DNA of 64,000 bases from an uncultured Candidatus Bathyarchaeia archaeon. Its GTDB lineage: Archaea > Thermoproteota > Bathyarchaeia > Bathyarchaeales > DTEX01. This document shows, in pieces, positions 1 to 9,207 of this stretch (within the stretch, counting starts at the first letter, position 1; each line of letters opens with the position of its first letter). Under the pieces are notes generated by a model. It was not told where the DNA came from. It was given only the letters and a program-made list of their open reading frames with translations, and searched no databases. Location of the stretch: contig CAZPBM010000001.1 in NCBI GenBank assembly GCA_964584965.1, positions 9,841-73,840 of the forward strand, in the 5' to 3' direction. Both the position numbers and the translations under genes were made by a program.

Positions 1-768
1 GAACTAAAACTTTACTCTGAAGAGCTAGAACAAATTGTCAAAGAACGCACAAAAGAACTTAGAGAAGCTGAAAGATTAGCTGCAATAGGAGAACTTGCAG
101 CAATGATAGGACACGATTTACGTAATCCATTAATGGGAATCACAGGTGCAACATTTTATATTAAAAACGCTCTTGGTAAAAGCGTCGAGGGGAAAATCAA
201 GGAAATGCTTGAAACTATTGAATATGACATTGTTCGCTCGAACAAAATCATAAATGACCTTCTCGACTACTCTAGAGAGTTTAAACTTGAACTAAAGTTA
301 ACCTCTATCAAACAGGTCACTAACGAAACATTGAAAGCAGTCGATTTGCCAAAGGACATTGAAATTGTGAACGAAATTTCCGATGAAACAGAAATTCTAA
401 TTGATTCTGAAAAAATAAAAAGAGTATTCATTAATATAATAAAAAATTCGATTGAAGCAATGCCTAAAGGTGGAAAAATAACAATGAAGAGCATTAAAAA
501 AAATGACGCTTTGAAAATTGAAATTGCCGATACTGGTAAAGGAATCCCAGAAGAGATAATGAAAAATCTGTGGAAGCCACTTGTAACGACTAAAGCTAAG
601 GGAATGGGATTTGGACTTGCAATATGTAAACGTATAATTGAGGCACATAAAGGAACAATTTTCTTAGAAAGCATCGTAGGAAAAGGAACAACAGTCACAA
701 TAATTCTGCCAAAAACACCAAATAAAAAATATTGGAAAGAAAATCCTCTTATTATGGAAAATTCATAA
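1..768 (+). CDS. Sensor histidine kinase, C-terminal part (5' end outside the window)
   Basis: Frame 1 is open from base 1 (ELKLYSEELEQIVKERTKELREAERLAAIGELAAMIGHDLRNPL). It has an H-box (IGHDLRNPL) and HATPase_c N/G boxes (IIKNSIEAM, DTGKGIP, GMGFGLAICK). Stop is TAA at 766-768. Confidence 0.9.
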   Translation, partial: ELKLYSEELEQIVKERTKELREAERLAAIGELAAMIGHDLRNPLMGITGATFYIKNALGKSVEGKIKEMLETIEYDIVRSNKIINDLLDYSREFKLELKLTSIKQVTNETLKAVDLPKDIEIVNEISDETEILIDSEKIKRVFINIIKNSIEAMPKGGKITMKSIKKNDALKIEIADTGKGIPEEIMKNLWKPLVTTKAKGMGFGLAICKRIIEAHKGTIFLESIVGKGTTVTIILPKTPNKKYWKENPLIMENS

Positions 769-857
769 AATCTACATAGCAGTCTGGAACGTAATGTTAT
801 GAAATTGTTTTGCATAATAGTTGAATGTTCCATGCAGTTTGATGGTGAAAAATCAAA

Positions 858-1820
858 ATGAAAAGAATCGGTGTCGTAACAGCTGGTGGCGACGCTCCTG
901 GAATGAACGCAGCTATACGCTCGGTCGTCAGATACGCTGTTTACAAGCAACTAGAAGTTGTCGGTTTTGAAAGAGGATATGAAGGCATAATTGATGGGCA
1001 AGCAAAGATCATGGGGCCACGTTCAGTTAGCGGAATTGTTAACTTAGGCGGAACCATTTTGAAAACGAGCCGATGCGAAAAAATTAAGACACCAGAAGGC
1101 TTAGAGAAGGCTGCGGAATCTTTGAAAAAATGGGGCATAGATGGACTAATAACTATAGGTGGAGACGGCACCTTTAGGGGAGCAAATGAACTCTATAGAG
1201 TAAGCGGAATACCAATGATTGGTATACCCGCAACAATAGATAATGATGTACCTGAAACCGAGACCACAATTGGTTTCGACACAGCTGTAAACACAGCGCT
1301 TTCGGCAATTGATAGGATTCGGGACACCTCAATATCACTAGAGAGAATTTTCGTAGTCGAAGTTATGGGAAGACAACGAGGATTCCTGGCACTTGAGGTT
1401 GGGCTAGCAGGAGGAGCAGAAATTATTCTAATCCCTGAAATAAAAATTAACCTTGATGAAATCTGTGAGAGACTTAAAGCTGACAGAAAAAAAGGAAAAA
1501 AATCTGAGATAATTGTTATGGCAGAAGGGGTGGGAAATTCAGCCGAAATAGTAAATTACATAATCAAAAAAACCGGATGCGAGGTTAGGTTAACTTCGCT
1601 TGGCTACATCCAAAGAGGCGGAACACCAACAGCACAAAGCCGAATTCTAGCAAGCGAGTTTGGCTATCAAGCAGTAAACCTTTTACTTGAGGGTAAGAGG
1701 AAAAAAATAGTAGCAGTTCAGAAAGGTTGCATTACTGATGTTGATTTGGATGAAGTGCTAAAGAAAACAAAAGAGATAGACTTGAAACGTCTTGAACTTG
1801 CCAAGATAATATCATATTAG
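858..1820 (+). CDS. pfkA: PfkA-family 6-phosphofructokinase (ATP-type motifs)
   Basis: Motifs GVVTAGGDAPGMNAAIR, ITIGGDGTFRGA, IPATIDND, EVMGR and GYIQRGG. SD GGTGA lies about 9 nt upstream of the ATG. Ends in TAG. Confidence 0.9.
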   Translation: MKRIGVVTAGGDAPGMNAAIRSVVRYAVYKQLEVVGFERGYEGIIDGQAKIMGPRSVSGIVNLGGTILKTSRCEKIKTPEGLEKAAESLKKWGIDGLITIGGDGTFRGANELYRVSGIPMIGIPATIDNDVPETETTIGFDTAVNTALSAIDRIRDTSISLERIFVVEVMGRQRGFLALEVGLAGGAEIILIPEIKINLDEICERLKADRKKGKKSEIIVMAEGVGNSAEIVNYIIKKTGCEVRLTSLGYIQRGGTPTAQSRILASEFGYQAVNLLLEGKRKKIVAVQKGCITDVDLDEVLKKTKEIDLKRLELAKIISY

Positions 1821-1842
1821 ATTCATTATACTTGGCCGAAAT

Positions 1843-3429
1843 CTAATCTTTTCTTTTAAGAACCAAAATCCAATCTTTCTCATCTGGTGTTTCAAATCTA
1901 CTTGTGTAAACCTCATTTTTCGTTAAAACAGGTTTCGTCTTTCCAGTTCTTGGATTAAACCATTTAGCTTCATACGCCAATCCTTTCGGAAACACAAGAT
2001 TTACTGTACCTCCCGCTGGGAAATATACAATAACAGTATCTTTATCTGGTGTAGACATAGCTAAGGGCTTCTTTCCCAACTCATAATTAAGGGACTGATC
2101 GACAACTACACTGTCAGGTTTAAATTTGTAAAAATCAACAATTTCCGTAAAGAAATTCTTCAGTATCAATAAATATCTCATTCCATCTTGATCTTCGTTT
2201 GGAATCCACCATGGACCCCAAGTATGTTCCCAGCCGTGAATTATGCCTGTTGCTGAGAAGGTTCCTCTCCAAGCCCCTCTTCTTGTATGTTCAGGGCTCA
2301 TATTATTATGGTAAGGAAACCTTTCGTCGAGTTTTGGATTTCTTTCATATCCGTACTCTGCAAGAATAAAGGAGCCTTCCCAACCCTTCATGCTTGACGC
2401 AATTTCGTCTTCGATTCCCGCTGCAAGCCAAGCGTCTTTCTCACCTGTTGTTCCCCAGCACTGAAACATAATAAGGTCAATAACTCCAGGTGCGGTTTTG
2501 AATCTTTGAGCAAATGGAGGTTGTATAGGACCGTTGTGAACCGCAACTGGATGTCCGTGAGACGCAATGCTCTTAACATATTTCCCAGTCCTTATTGCCC
2601 ACATGTCTGCAGACTCATTATAACGCCAGTCACCATCTGGATAATATTCATACTCATTCATCAGAGTCCAAATGTATACGCTGCAAAAAGCGTCATATCT
2701 TGCAACAATGTACCGCATCCACAATTCCTCATACTCCGGAATGAAAACATCTCTCTGATTAAAAGGATATTCAAACCCCCATGCCTCCATAATCATCTCA
2801 AATCCAATTCCAAGACTCATTGCAAAACGCACAACCTTGTCCACTGTTTGAAAGTATTCTAGGTTGAACCGATCAAATTGAGGTTTTTGAGGCGATCCTT
2901 GCCAAGGCCATGTTGACCTTGTTTGCCAATCATTATACCCTGCAGGTGGATGATATGGACTTACTTGAAGTCTTGCGCGAATAAGGTTGAATCCCTGACG
3001 GGCTCGACGTTTCAACACGGTTTCATAATCCAATCCGCAAAAGGCTACGCCGAAAATATTATACATGGTATCGCCAAAGATAAAAGCAGGTTCCCCAGAC
3101 TCGTATATCAAACCCCAATATTTACCGGGGCAAGTCTTCAGAAACCCTTTTGTAGGCTTTTCAGTTTCTTCGACCATGAAGTTTCCAGAGACCATAAGTG
3201 ATGGGTCTTTCGGAGCCGTTTTTGTTTTGTACGACCATTGACCTACTTCGTTTGGTGAAAATCTAACCTTCCACGTATCATTTCCATCATAGAAACAGGG
3301 CATTACGTATTCTTTGCTTGATGGCGATCTGAACACGCAATCAATCATGATGTCAACAAAAGGATTGGGATATTCAGTTTCTGATCTGAATTCTAATTCT
3401 AAAACATCTCTTCTTTTAACCGTCATCAT
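1843..3429 (-). CDS. DUF5060 + DUF4038-type glycoside-hydrolase-like protein (GH5/GH140-like)
   Basis: The N-terminal Ig-like segment (ELEFRSETEYPNPFVDIMIDCVFRSP...WKVRFSPNEVGQWSYKT) matches my memory of DUF5060. It is followed by a TIM-barrel-like body with NEYE/WGF-type motifs. No signal peptide seen. Confidence 0.55.
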   Translation of the reverse strand: MMTVKRRDVLELEFRSETEYPNPFVDIMIDCVFRSPSSKEYVMPCFYDGNDTWKVRFSPNEVGQWSYKTKTAPKDPSLMVSGNFMVEETEKPTKGFLKTCPGKYWGLIYESGEPAFIFGDTMYNIFGVAFCGLDYETVLKRRARQGFNLIRARLQVSPYHPPAGYNDWQTRSTWPWQGSPQKPQFDRFNLEYFQTVDKVVRFAMSLGIGFEMIMEAWGFEYPFNQRDVFIPEYEELWMRYIVARYDAFCSVYIWTLMNEYEYYPDGDWRYNESADMWAIRTGKYVKSIASHGHPVAVHNGPIQPPFAQRFKTAPGVIDLIMFQCWGTTGEKDAWLAAGIEDEIASSMKGWEGSFILAEYGYERNPKLDERFPYHNNMSPEHTRRGAWRGTFSATGIIHGWEHTWGPWWIPNEDQDGMRYLLILKNFFTEIVDFYKFKPDSVVVDQSLNYELGKKPLAMSTPDKDTVIVYFPAGGTVNLVFPKGLAYEAKWFNPRTGKTKPVLTKNEVYTSRFETPDEKDWILVLKRKD

Positions 3430-3478
3430 TCACATTCAGCCTTCAATTAGTGCACTAAATTAAATTTTTCATTATAAA

Positions 3479-4570
3479 TCACGTAATATAGTTTGATAAA
3501 CCTGCTTCTTTTGCAAGCTGTACAGCTCTCATCATTTCTGTTATAGTTAGTCTTCTTCTAAGTTCTGGAATCACATGGGATTTCCATTCAGGCCGATATT
3601 GGAACATAATATTCACTCTCGTTTTTCTACCAAGATTTTCAGCTATCCAATAAAGAATTTCCTTTGTGCAGCATTCTAGATGACCTGGTAGCACCAAGAC
3701 TCGAATTATGAGTTCACCATGTTTCTGTGCGATGGAATGATTTCGTGTGCAAGTTTCCCAATATTTTGGTGTATTAGAAATTCTTTCTGCGCATTCGTTA
3801 TTTCCATATTTAAAATCTAAAAGGTAAACATCCGCAAACCCCGCTAACAGTTCAGACGTTTCCTCGCTATAATATGTATTTGAGTTCCAAACAACTGGGA
3901 CATTGAGACTTACATATTTGAAAGTTTGAAGCCACTGCTGAAGCCAAGGTGTAGGTTCTCCACCTACAAGATTAACGTTCCTACATCCGTTTCGTCTTAA
4001 CTGCTCCACCATTAAAGCTAATCGTTGAGGAGAATAGACCTCCCCCAATTCGAACCATTGTGAAATGGTCCAGTTCTGGCAGTGCAAGCATCGCATCGTA
4101 CAACCCATTGTGAAAATAGTTCCCGAAGGAACAAGCTCAGGTTCTTCACCCAAATGCTCGAAAATTGAGGAAACCGTGATCTGGGTGCCACATTGGCAGT
4201 ATCCTTTCTGACCTTCTATGCGATTTACATTGCATCTTCTTGTGCAGAAATAACAGTTTGTTAGAATGCGTTTTGCTATCTCATTTTTAAGGTCAAGGAA
4301 GGATCTCTTCGGATACTCAAGCTCTTTTAAAGTTGTTTTTTGACTGTCTACTTCCCGCTCCAAGCGTTTATATTCACTAAGAGATTTTTCATGCATTTGC
4401 CACAGTTGCTGAAGAGAATCAGTATTTTCAAAATCAACAGCCAGTTTCTTTGCAACTTGAAATTTCGCTGGTACCCTATCTTGCATTACAGCGAGATATC
4501 TGGGCAAGCTCTCACGGACATTGGCATCTTCCAAAATCGATGACGCATCCCTTCGAATTATATGCCACAA
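3479..4570 (-). CDS. Radical SAM protein, PflX-like (pyruvate formate-lyase activase homolog family)
   Basis: CX3CX2C cluster GCTMRCLHCQNW, preceded by a Cys-rich CYFCTRRCNVNR...GYCQCG segment. Confidence 0.7.
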   Translation of the reverse strand: MWHIIRRDASSILEDANVRESLPRYLAVMQDRVPAKFQVAKKLAVDFENTDSLQQLWQMHEKSLSEYKRLEREVDSQKTTLKELEYPKRSFLDLKNEIAKRILTNCYFCTRRCNVNRIEGQKGYCQCGTQITVSSIFEHLGEEPELVPSGTIFTMGCTMRCLHCQNWTISQWFELGEVYSPQRLALMVEQLRRNGCRNVNLVGGEPTPWLQQWLQTFKYVSLNVPVVWNSNTYYSEETSELLAGFADVYLLDFKYGNNECAERISNTPKYWETCTRNHSIAQKHGELIIRVLVLPGHLECCTKEILYWIAENLGRKTRVNIMFQYRPEWKSHVIPELRRRLTITEMMRAVQLAKEAGLSNYIT

Positions 4571-4672
4571 TCCTTCCTAAAATAAGTGAGCTTGAAGGAG
4601 TCTTATTAACGCTATCCTGTTTCACAGCTTATTTTAAAAAACGTTATCACCAAAAGTTTTTCAAATCTAAGG

Positions 4673-5731
4673 TCAGAAAACAGGGAATGGAATTGAGAAT
4701 CCCTCTTTGTGAAATTCGCCTTTTATGGGAATTTTTCTACCGCAGTTGGGGCAGCTCATTTCGCTTGTTAAAATCCATTTCGTTATGCTGAAACTATATC
4801 GTTTTATCAGCATTTCGTTACAATTCGGGCAGTAAGTATTTTCATATTTATGTCCAGGAACGTTTCCCAAGTAAACATAATCAAGACCCTGTTCTTTGGC
4901 AACTTTGTACGATTCTTCAAGCACTTTTAGTTCGGTGGAGGCAATATCAGTTAATTCGTAGTTTGGGTGAAACCTCAAGAGATGAAAAGGTGTGTCCCGG
5001 CTAAGGTTTTCTGCAATCCATGTTGTTAGCTCCCTTATTCTCTCAATCGAGTCGCCAATTTTTGGAACAACGAGGTTTGTAACTTCTATGTGTATGCCTT
5101 GGGCTTTCATTTCTTTTAAAGACTCATATATTGGTTCCACTGAAGGAACTGATGAAAACATTTTGTAGAATTCTGGATCGCCGCCTCCTTTGAAGTCAAC
5201 AGTCGCAGCATCAAGATACGGAGAAATCTCTCTTACAGCTTCAGGCGTCATGTACCCATTGGTCACAAACGTGTTAAAAAGTCCTCGTTTACGTGCAAGA
5301 ATCGAAGTATCATAAGCATACTCGAAAAAAATCGTTGGCTCCGTATACGTATAACTTATACCTAAACAGCCATTATTTATAGCTGCTTTTACAACATTTT
5401 CTGGAGGAAAATCTCTCCCCGAAACTTCTTTTTCTTGGCTTATGTCCCAGTTGTCACAAAACTTGCATCTGAAATTACATCCCACAGTGGCAATGGAAAG
5501 TACTGAGGCACCTGGGTGAAAGTGAGAAAGAGGCTTTTTTCCTATCGGATCTACATTGGCGGCACAGGCTTTTGCATAATTAAGTGAATAGAGTCTTCCA
5601 GAATAGTTTTTTCTAACTCTACAGAAACCTGTGGATCCCTCAGTAAGTAGGCACCTCCGACCGCAAAGATTGCATCTTACTTTGTTGCCATTGATTTTTT
5701 CGTATAACACTGCTTCATGTGGAGTTGACAA
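4673..5731 (-). CDS. AmmeMemoRadiSam-system-type radical SAM enzyme
   Basis: Family-typical N-terminus (VRCNLCGRRCLLTEGSTGFCRVRKN...DPIGKKPLSHFHPGASVLSIATVGCNFRCKFCDNWDISQ) and a C-terminal CPNC...CPNCG zinc ribbon. TTG start. Confidence 0.8.
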   Translation of the reverse strand: MSTPHEAVLYEKINGNKVRCNLCGRRCLLTEGSTGFCRVRKNYSGRLYSLNYAKACAANVDPIGKKPLSHFHPGASVLSIATVGCNFRCKFCDNWDISQEKEVSGRDFPPENVVKAAINNGCLGISYTYTEPTIFFEYAYDTSILARKRGLFNTFVTNGYMTPEAVREISPYLDAATVDFKGGGDPEFYKMFSSVPSVEPIYESLKEMKAQGIHIEVTNLVVPKIGDSIERIRELTTWIAENLSRDTPFHLLRFHPNYELTDIASTELKVLEESYKVAKEQGLDYVYLGNVPGHKYENTYCPNCNEMLIKRYSFSITKWILTSEMSCPNCGRKIPIKGEFHKEGFSIPFPVF

Positions 5732-5766
5732 TCAAGACCAACCATTTAGTTCAGTAGTACCCCTGT

Positions 5767-6813
5767 TTAATTATAGACAACGCCCAATTTAATGGTTTCT
5801 TCTGGCTTTTCCACAAGCATTCTGTATGCTTCAATAACTTCCTCGAACTTTACTACTGGCCAAAGCATACCTTGACTTGTCAGAAGTTTCTTTTTGAACA
5901 ACTCTAGAACAGTGCTGTAAATGCGCTTCCTATCCCACAGCGGATGGTCTCTGTATGGTTCGCTTTCCACCCGAGCCCCGGAAACCATGACTTGTCTATT
6001 AAAGTGCCATTCTTCGCCGAGGTTCAGTCCCTTAGCCTCGCCATGGTACCACGACACCGGAACGATGGTGCCACCGAATCTCGTTCCCCTTATTGCTTCA
6101 TGTAAAGCTCGGTATGAACCGCTTGTTTCCAGAGAGACATCAACACCTTTACCGCTGGTAAGTTGTTTCACTTTTTGTCCAACATCAACCTTCAAAGGAT
6201 TTAATGTCAAATCAGCTCCGTAAGTTTCGGCTAGATTCCTCCTTTTTTCAATGGGCTCAACTCCTATGATTTTCAGTGCGCCGGAAACCTTAGCTAGCTG
6301 TATAGCCATAAGCCCTATTGCCCCGAGACCGAAAACTGCTACGGTGTCTCCGACCCTAATGCGGCCTTCACGAACAGCCATTAGTGCTACAACCGCTGGG
6401 TCAATGCATACAAGGTCTCTGTCGCACAACTCGATGGGTGCAACGTTTACTGCGGTCTCATTTAACGTGTGGGTTTCCCTTATTGGAAGATATGCGTAGA
6501 CTCTATCTCCCATTTTGACTTTTTGAACTTCACTTCCGACTTCTATAACTGTACCCACTGTTATGTTTCCCATTCTCATTGGAAACAAAGCAGTCCAGCC
6601 TTTCCCTTCTTTTTCTGGTAGAAACAGACCTGACTCCGCATCGTATCTTTTATTTGAAAAAGGCGAGACTCCCATGTATAGTGACAACATTGTTCCATGC
6701 TTTTCTGCCGAGAGCTGGCTTTTGACACGTATCTGGTTTTTTCCCAATTCAGGCTCTTCGTATTCTCTAAGGACAAGCTGTTTTGGGGCGACAGCGACAA
6801 GCTCTTTTGGCAT
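5767..6813 (-). CDS. Medium-chain (MDR) zinc-type alcohol/polyol dehydrogenase family oxidoreductase
   Basis: GroES-like N-domain plus a Rossmann fold (VAVFGLGAIGLMAIQLAK). The ORF extends to 6825, but SD TGGTGA sits 5 nt before the ATG at 6813. Confidence 0.75.
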   Translation of the reverse strand: MPKELVAVAPKQLVLREYEEPELGKNQIRVKSQLSAEKHGTMLSLYMGVSPFSNKRYDAESGLFLPEKEGKGWTALFPMRMGNITVGTVIEVGSEVQKVKMGDRVYAYLPIRETHTLNETAVNVAPIELCDRDLVCIDPAVVALMAVREGRIRVGDTVAVFGLGAIGLMAIQLAKVSGALKIIGVEPIEKRRNLAETYGADLTLNPLKVDVGQKVKQLTSGKGVDVSLETSGSYRALHEAIRGTRFGGTIVPVSWYHGEAKGLNLGEEWHFNRQVMVSGARVESEPYRDHPLWDRKRIYSTVLELFKKKLLTSQGMLWPVVKFEEVIEAYRMLVEKPEETIKLGVVYN

Positions 6814-7217
6814 GTTAATCACCAATATTTCTAATCCAACAAATGTTCTATAGAATATTAATCCTTTGAGCTGGTAATATAACTATTTTATGGCTGCCCG
6901 AGTCTCCAAAAAGCCCGTCTTTTACGGTACCTTAGGACAACGATTTCTGCAGTGAACCCTTCCTCTTTTTTGTTGCTTAAGAATAATCTAGCACTTTTCT
7001 TGCATAGTTCAAGGCAGATGAATTAAAAGAAGGATTTTAGATGGCAAATAAAACTGGCTACGACAGCTTAATATATGCCGGGCTCTGTTTAATTGTTCAC
7101 GAAGAGATCTAAGGTAAGAAGAATCCAGAAAGTTTTCTTTAAGTTGCCAAACTTTTTGTCTTCTCCTTTACTCTATGACGGTCTTTCTTCTCATCCACAA
7201 GAAGCGAGGTGAAACGT

Positions 7218-7484
7218 ATGGCATACAGAAATAGAGGTAGAGGTTTTCGAAGCGACAGCTTTAGCTACAAGGCTCCAGTAGAGCTAGGGAAAGTCTACGA
7301 ATCCGACATCATAGAGATGAGCCGAAGAGGAGACGCTGGAGTAGCTAAGATTCAAGGATTCGTAATCTTTGTTTCAGACGCTAAACCTGGCGATCACATC
7401 AAGTTCAAGATAACCGAAGTTGGACGAAGATATGCAGTAGCTGAAGTTGTAAAAGATGAAGTAAAAGACGACCAGACTGACTAA
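7218..7484 (+). CDS. TRAM-domain RNA-binding protein
   Basis: GKVYESDIIEMSRRGDAGVAKIQGFVIFVSDAKPGDHIKFKITEVGRRYAVAEVV is a typical stand-alone archaeal TRAM. SD GAGGTGA lies 5 nt before the ATG at 7218 (the ORF track starts at GTG 7209). Confidence 0.85.
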   Translation: MAYRNRGRGFRSDSFSYKAPVELGKVYESDIIEMSRRGDAGVAKIQGFVIFVSDAKPGDHIKFKITEVGRRYAVAEVVKDEVKDDQTD

Positions 7485-7525
7485 AAGATATGTGAAAATT
7501 AACAGAAGGGAAGGAGGCGTATAGA

Positions 7526-7807
7526 ATGTCTAAAGATTCAAACATCGTGTATATTGGTCAAAAGCCTATTATGAGTTATGTGCTGGCAGTGCTCACCAAT
7601 TTCAACTCTTCAGACAAAGTTACCATAAAGGCAAGAGGACAAGCAATATCAACAGCTGTAGATGTTGCTGAGATAGCAAGGCGCAAGTTCATGAAAGAAC
7701 TGAGTGTGAATAAAATTAACATAGGAACAGAAGAGATGCCAATAAGAGAAGGCGAAAACAGAAATAGAAACGTATCAACTATCGAAATCACCTTGATACG
7801 AAAATAA
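7526..7807 (+). CDS. albA: DNA/RNA-binding protein Alba (paralog 1)
   Basis: [19 protein letters not shown]...[22 protein letters not shown]...[15 protein letters not shown] lies 8 nt upstream. Confidence 0.93.
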   Translation: MSKDSNIVYIGQKPIMSYVLAVLTNFNSSDKVTIKARGQAISTAVDVAEIARRKFMKELSVNKINIGTEEMPIREGENRNRNVSTIEITLIRK

Positions 7808-7821
7808 CGGAAAATGATCAA

Positions 7822-8490
7822 ATGCGAAGCAAAACAGGATGTTTCCGAGGGAGACCTAGCAGCAGTAATCTTTCGCAGCTAGATATCCGGCTTCTGGAGT
7901 ATCTTGCTGAAGTCTCAATGAAATATGACGTCGATTCAGAAAAATTTTTCAAGTGTTTTCCTGATGCTGCTCAAAATCAAGAATCAAAGTGTGGAAAACT
8001 ATCGGTTGAATGCCGTGCAAGAGAAAAAAATTATGCAGTCTTTCTCATAACTAAAGATGGTGAAGCAATCGGACAATTTCACATGTCTGAATACCTTCTT
8101 AACGAGAAAAGAAACCCACTTGAAGAATTTACTGGGAGACTGGCGAGTATGAGAACCCTAACGCAAAAGGCTAAATCAAACAGTTATAAGATTGAGGATT
8201 TGAGGGCTGGAATGAAACATCTAAACATAACAGCAGAGGTTCTTAAAGTTTCACAACCAGTTCAAATCGCAACTAGATTTGGCATCTACACTAATATGAT
8301 AAACGTCCTAATTGCAGACGAAACGGGAACCATCAAACTAAATCTCTTTGGGTCTCAGATGATAATGGTTTCTGTTCATGACAAAATCCAAATCGAGAAC
8401 GCGCAAGTTGCTTGGTTTAGAGGTGAACGCCAGCTAAGAATTGGAAAACATGGAAAAATAAGTGTTATCCAACGATCAAGAGATGCATAG
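7822..8490 (+). CDS. OB-fold ssDNA-binding-like protein (crenarchaeal SSB-type OB domain) with an uncharacterised N-terminal domain of about 120 aa
   Basis: The C-terminal IEDLRAGMKHLNITAEVLKVSQPVQIATRFGIYTNMINVLIADETGTIKLNLFGSQ...IQIENAQVAWFRGERQLRIGKHGKISVI follows the Sulfolobus SSB pattern (DETG.I.L.LWG ... IENA). I do not recognise the N-terminal part. Confidence 0.6.
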   Translation: MRSKTGCFRGRPSSSNLSQLDIRLLEYLAEVSMKYDVDSEKFFKCFPDAAQNQESKCGKLSVECRAREKNYAVFLITKDGEAIGQFHMSEYLLNEKRNPLEEFTGRLASMRTLTQKAKSNSYKIEDLRAGMKHLNITAEVLKVSQPVQIATRFGIYTNMINVLIADETGTIKLNLFGSQMIMVSVHDKIQIENAQVAWFRGERQLRIGKHGKISVIQRSRDA

Positions 8491-8817
8491 GTTAAGAAGT
8501 AGACTAAACGCCAGTAAAGTAAGAAAAGTTTAAGAAGAAAAAGAAGAATTGAACTCTCAAAGGACACAGAAAACTGATAATCATACTTTCTAATGGCGAT
8601 GAGTGGAGCATCTACTCGGACATCGAGATTTTAGAAATACACCGATCTATATCAGCTGAGAAAAGGTATTATTCCAAAATATAGATGACGAATTCTACGT
8701 GAAAGTCGCTCACATCTTAAATGAAACTTGTAAATTGCTTGAGGTAAGATTTAAACACATAATAGACATGGATGAATCCAAACCACAGAAAACGGAAGTA
8801 GCCTTTTTTGCGCCAAG

Positions 8818-9096
8818 CTAATCTTTTATGGCTTCAAGGATGCTCATGACGTTCCAGAGCTTTACGCGCGTGTAGGGTGGCATGTTTGGGTCTTGGAGGA
8901 TTTCGTCAAGAATCGAGATAGTGTTGGACGCCCTGACGCCAACCGTGTTTTCACGAGACTGTAGAACATCCATCGAGTTTTTTGCAGCTCTCCTAATGTT
9001 CCGAGGGGTCGTGGTGTCCTCTGAAACCTGTCCGAGAATAAACATGGCTTGTTTGATTTTTTCTTCATACTCTTGCTGTTTTTTCTTGCTGACCAG
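8818..9096 (-). CDS. UPF0147-family protein (start uncertain: ATG 9045, or the SD-positioned CTG 9096)
   Basis: TPRNIRRAAKNS...ILDEILQDPNMPPYTRVKLWNVMSILE is the UPF0147 signature as I remember it. The frame stays open upstream of ATG 9045 and reads QQEYEEKIKQA, which looks like a continuation of helix 1. See findings. Confidence 0.75.
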   Translation of the reverse strand: MVSKKKQQEYEEKIKQAMFILGQVSEDTTTPRNIRRAAKNSMDVLQSRENTVGVRASNTISILDEILQDPNMPPYTRVKLWNVMSILEAIKD

Positions 9097-9207
9097 TTTT
9101 GAACCCCTCCCAATCGATAAACGTTCACTACTAACATTTAGTTTATGCCTTTAAGTAAAGGGAGGGATATAAGCTTATTTTAATCTATCAGCACTTTTTG
9201 GCGATTC

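Noticed and set aside
267-950. 227-aa minus-strand ORF antisense to the histidine kinase, spanning the intergenic gap and the pfkA start
   Set aside because: It is a low-complexity, Ser/Phe/Ile-rich translation that crosses an intergenic region. It lies fully opposite a gene with clear HATPase_c motifs and has no SD.
8590-8665. C/D-box sRNA candidate (GCGAUGAG ... CUGAG) in the spacer after the SSB-like gene
   Set aside because: The C box is imperfect, there are no convincing D'/C' boxes, and the guide spacing is far from the usual length of about 12 nt.
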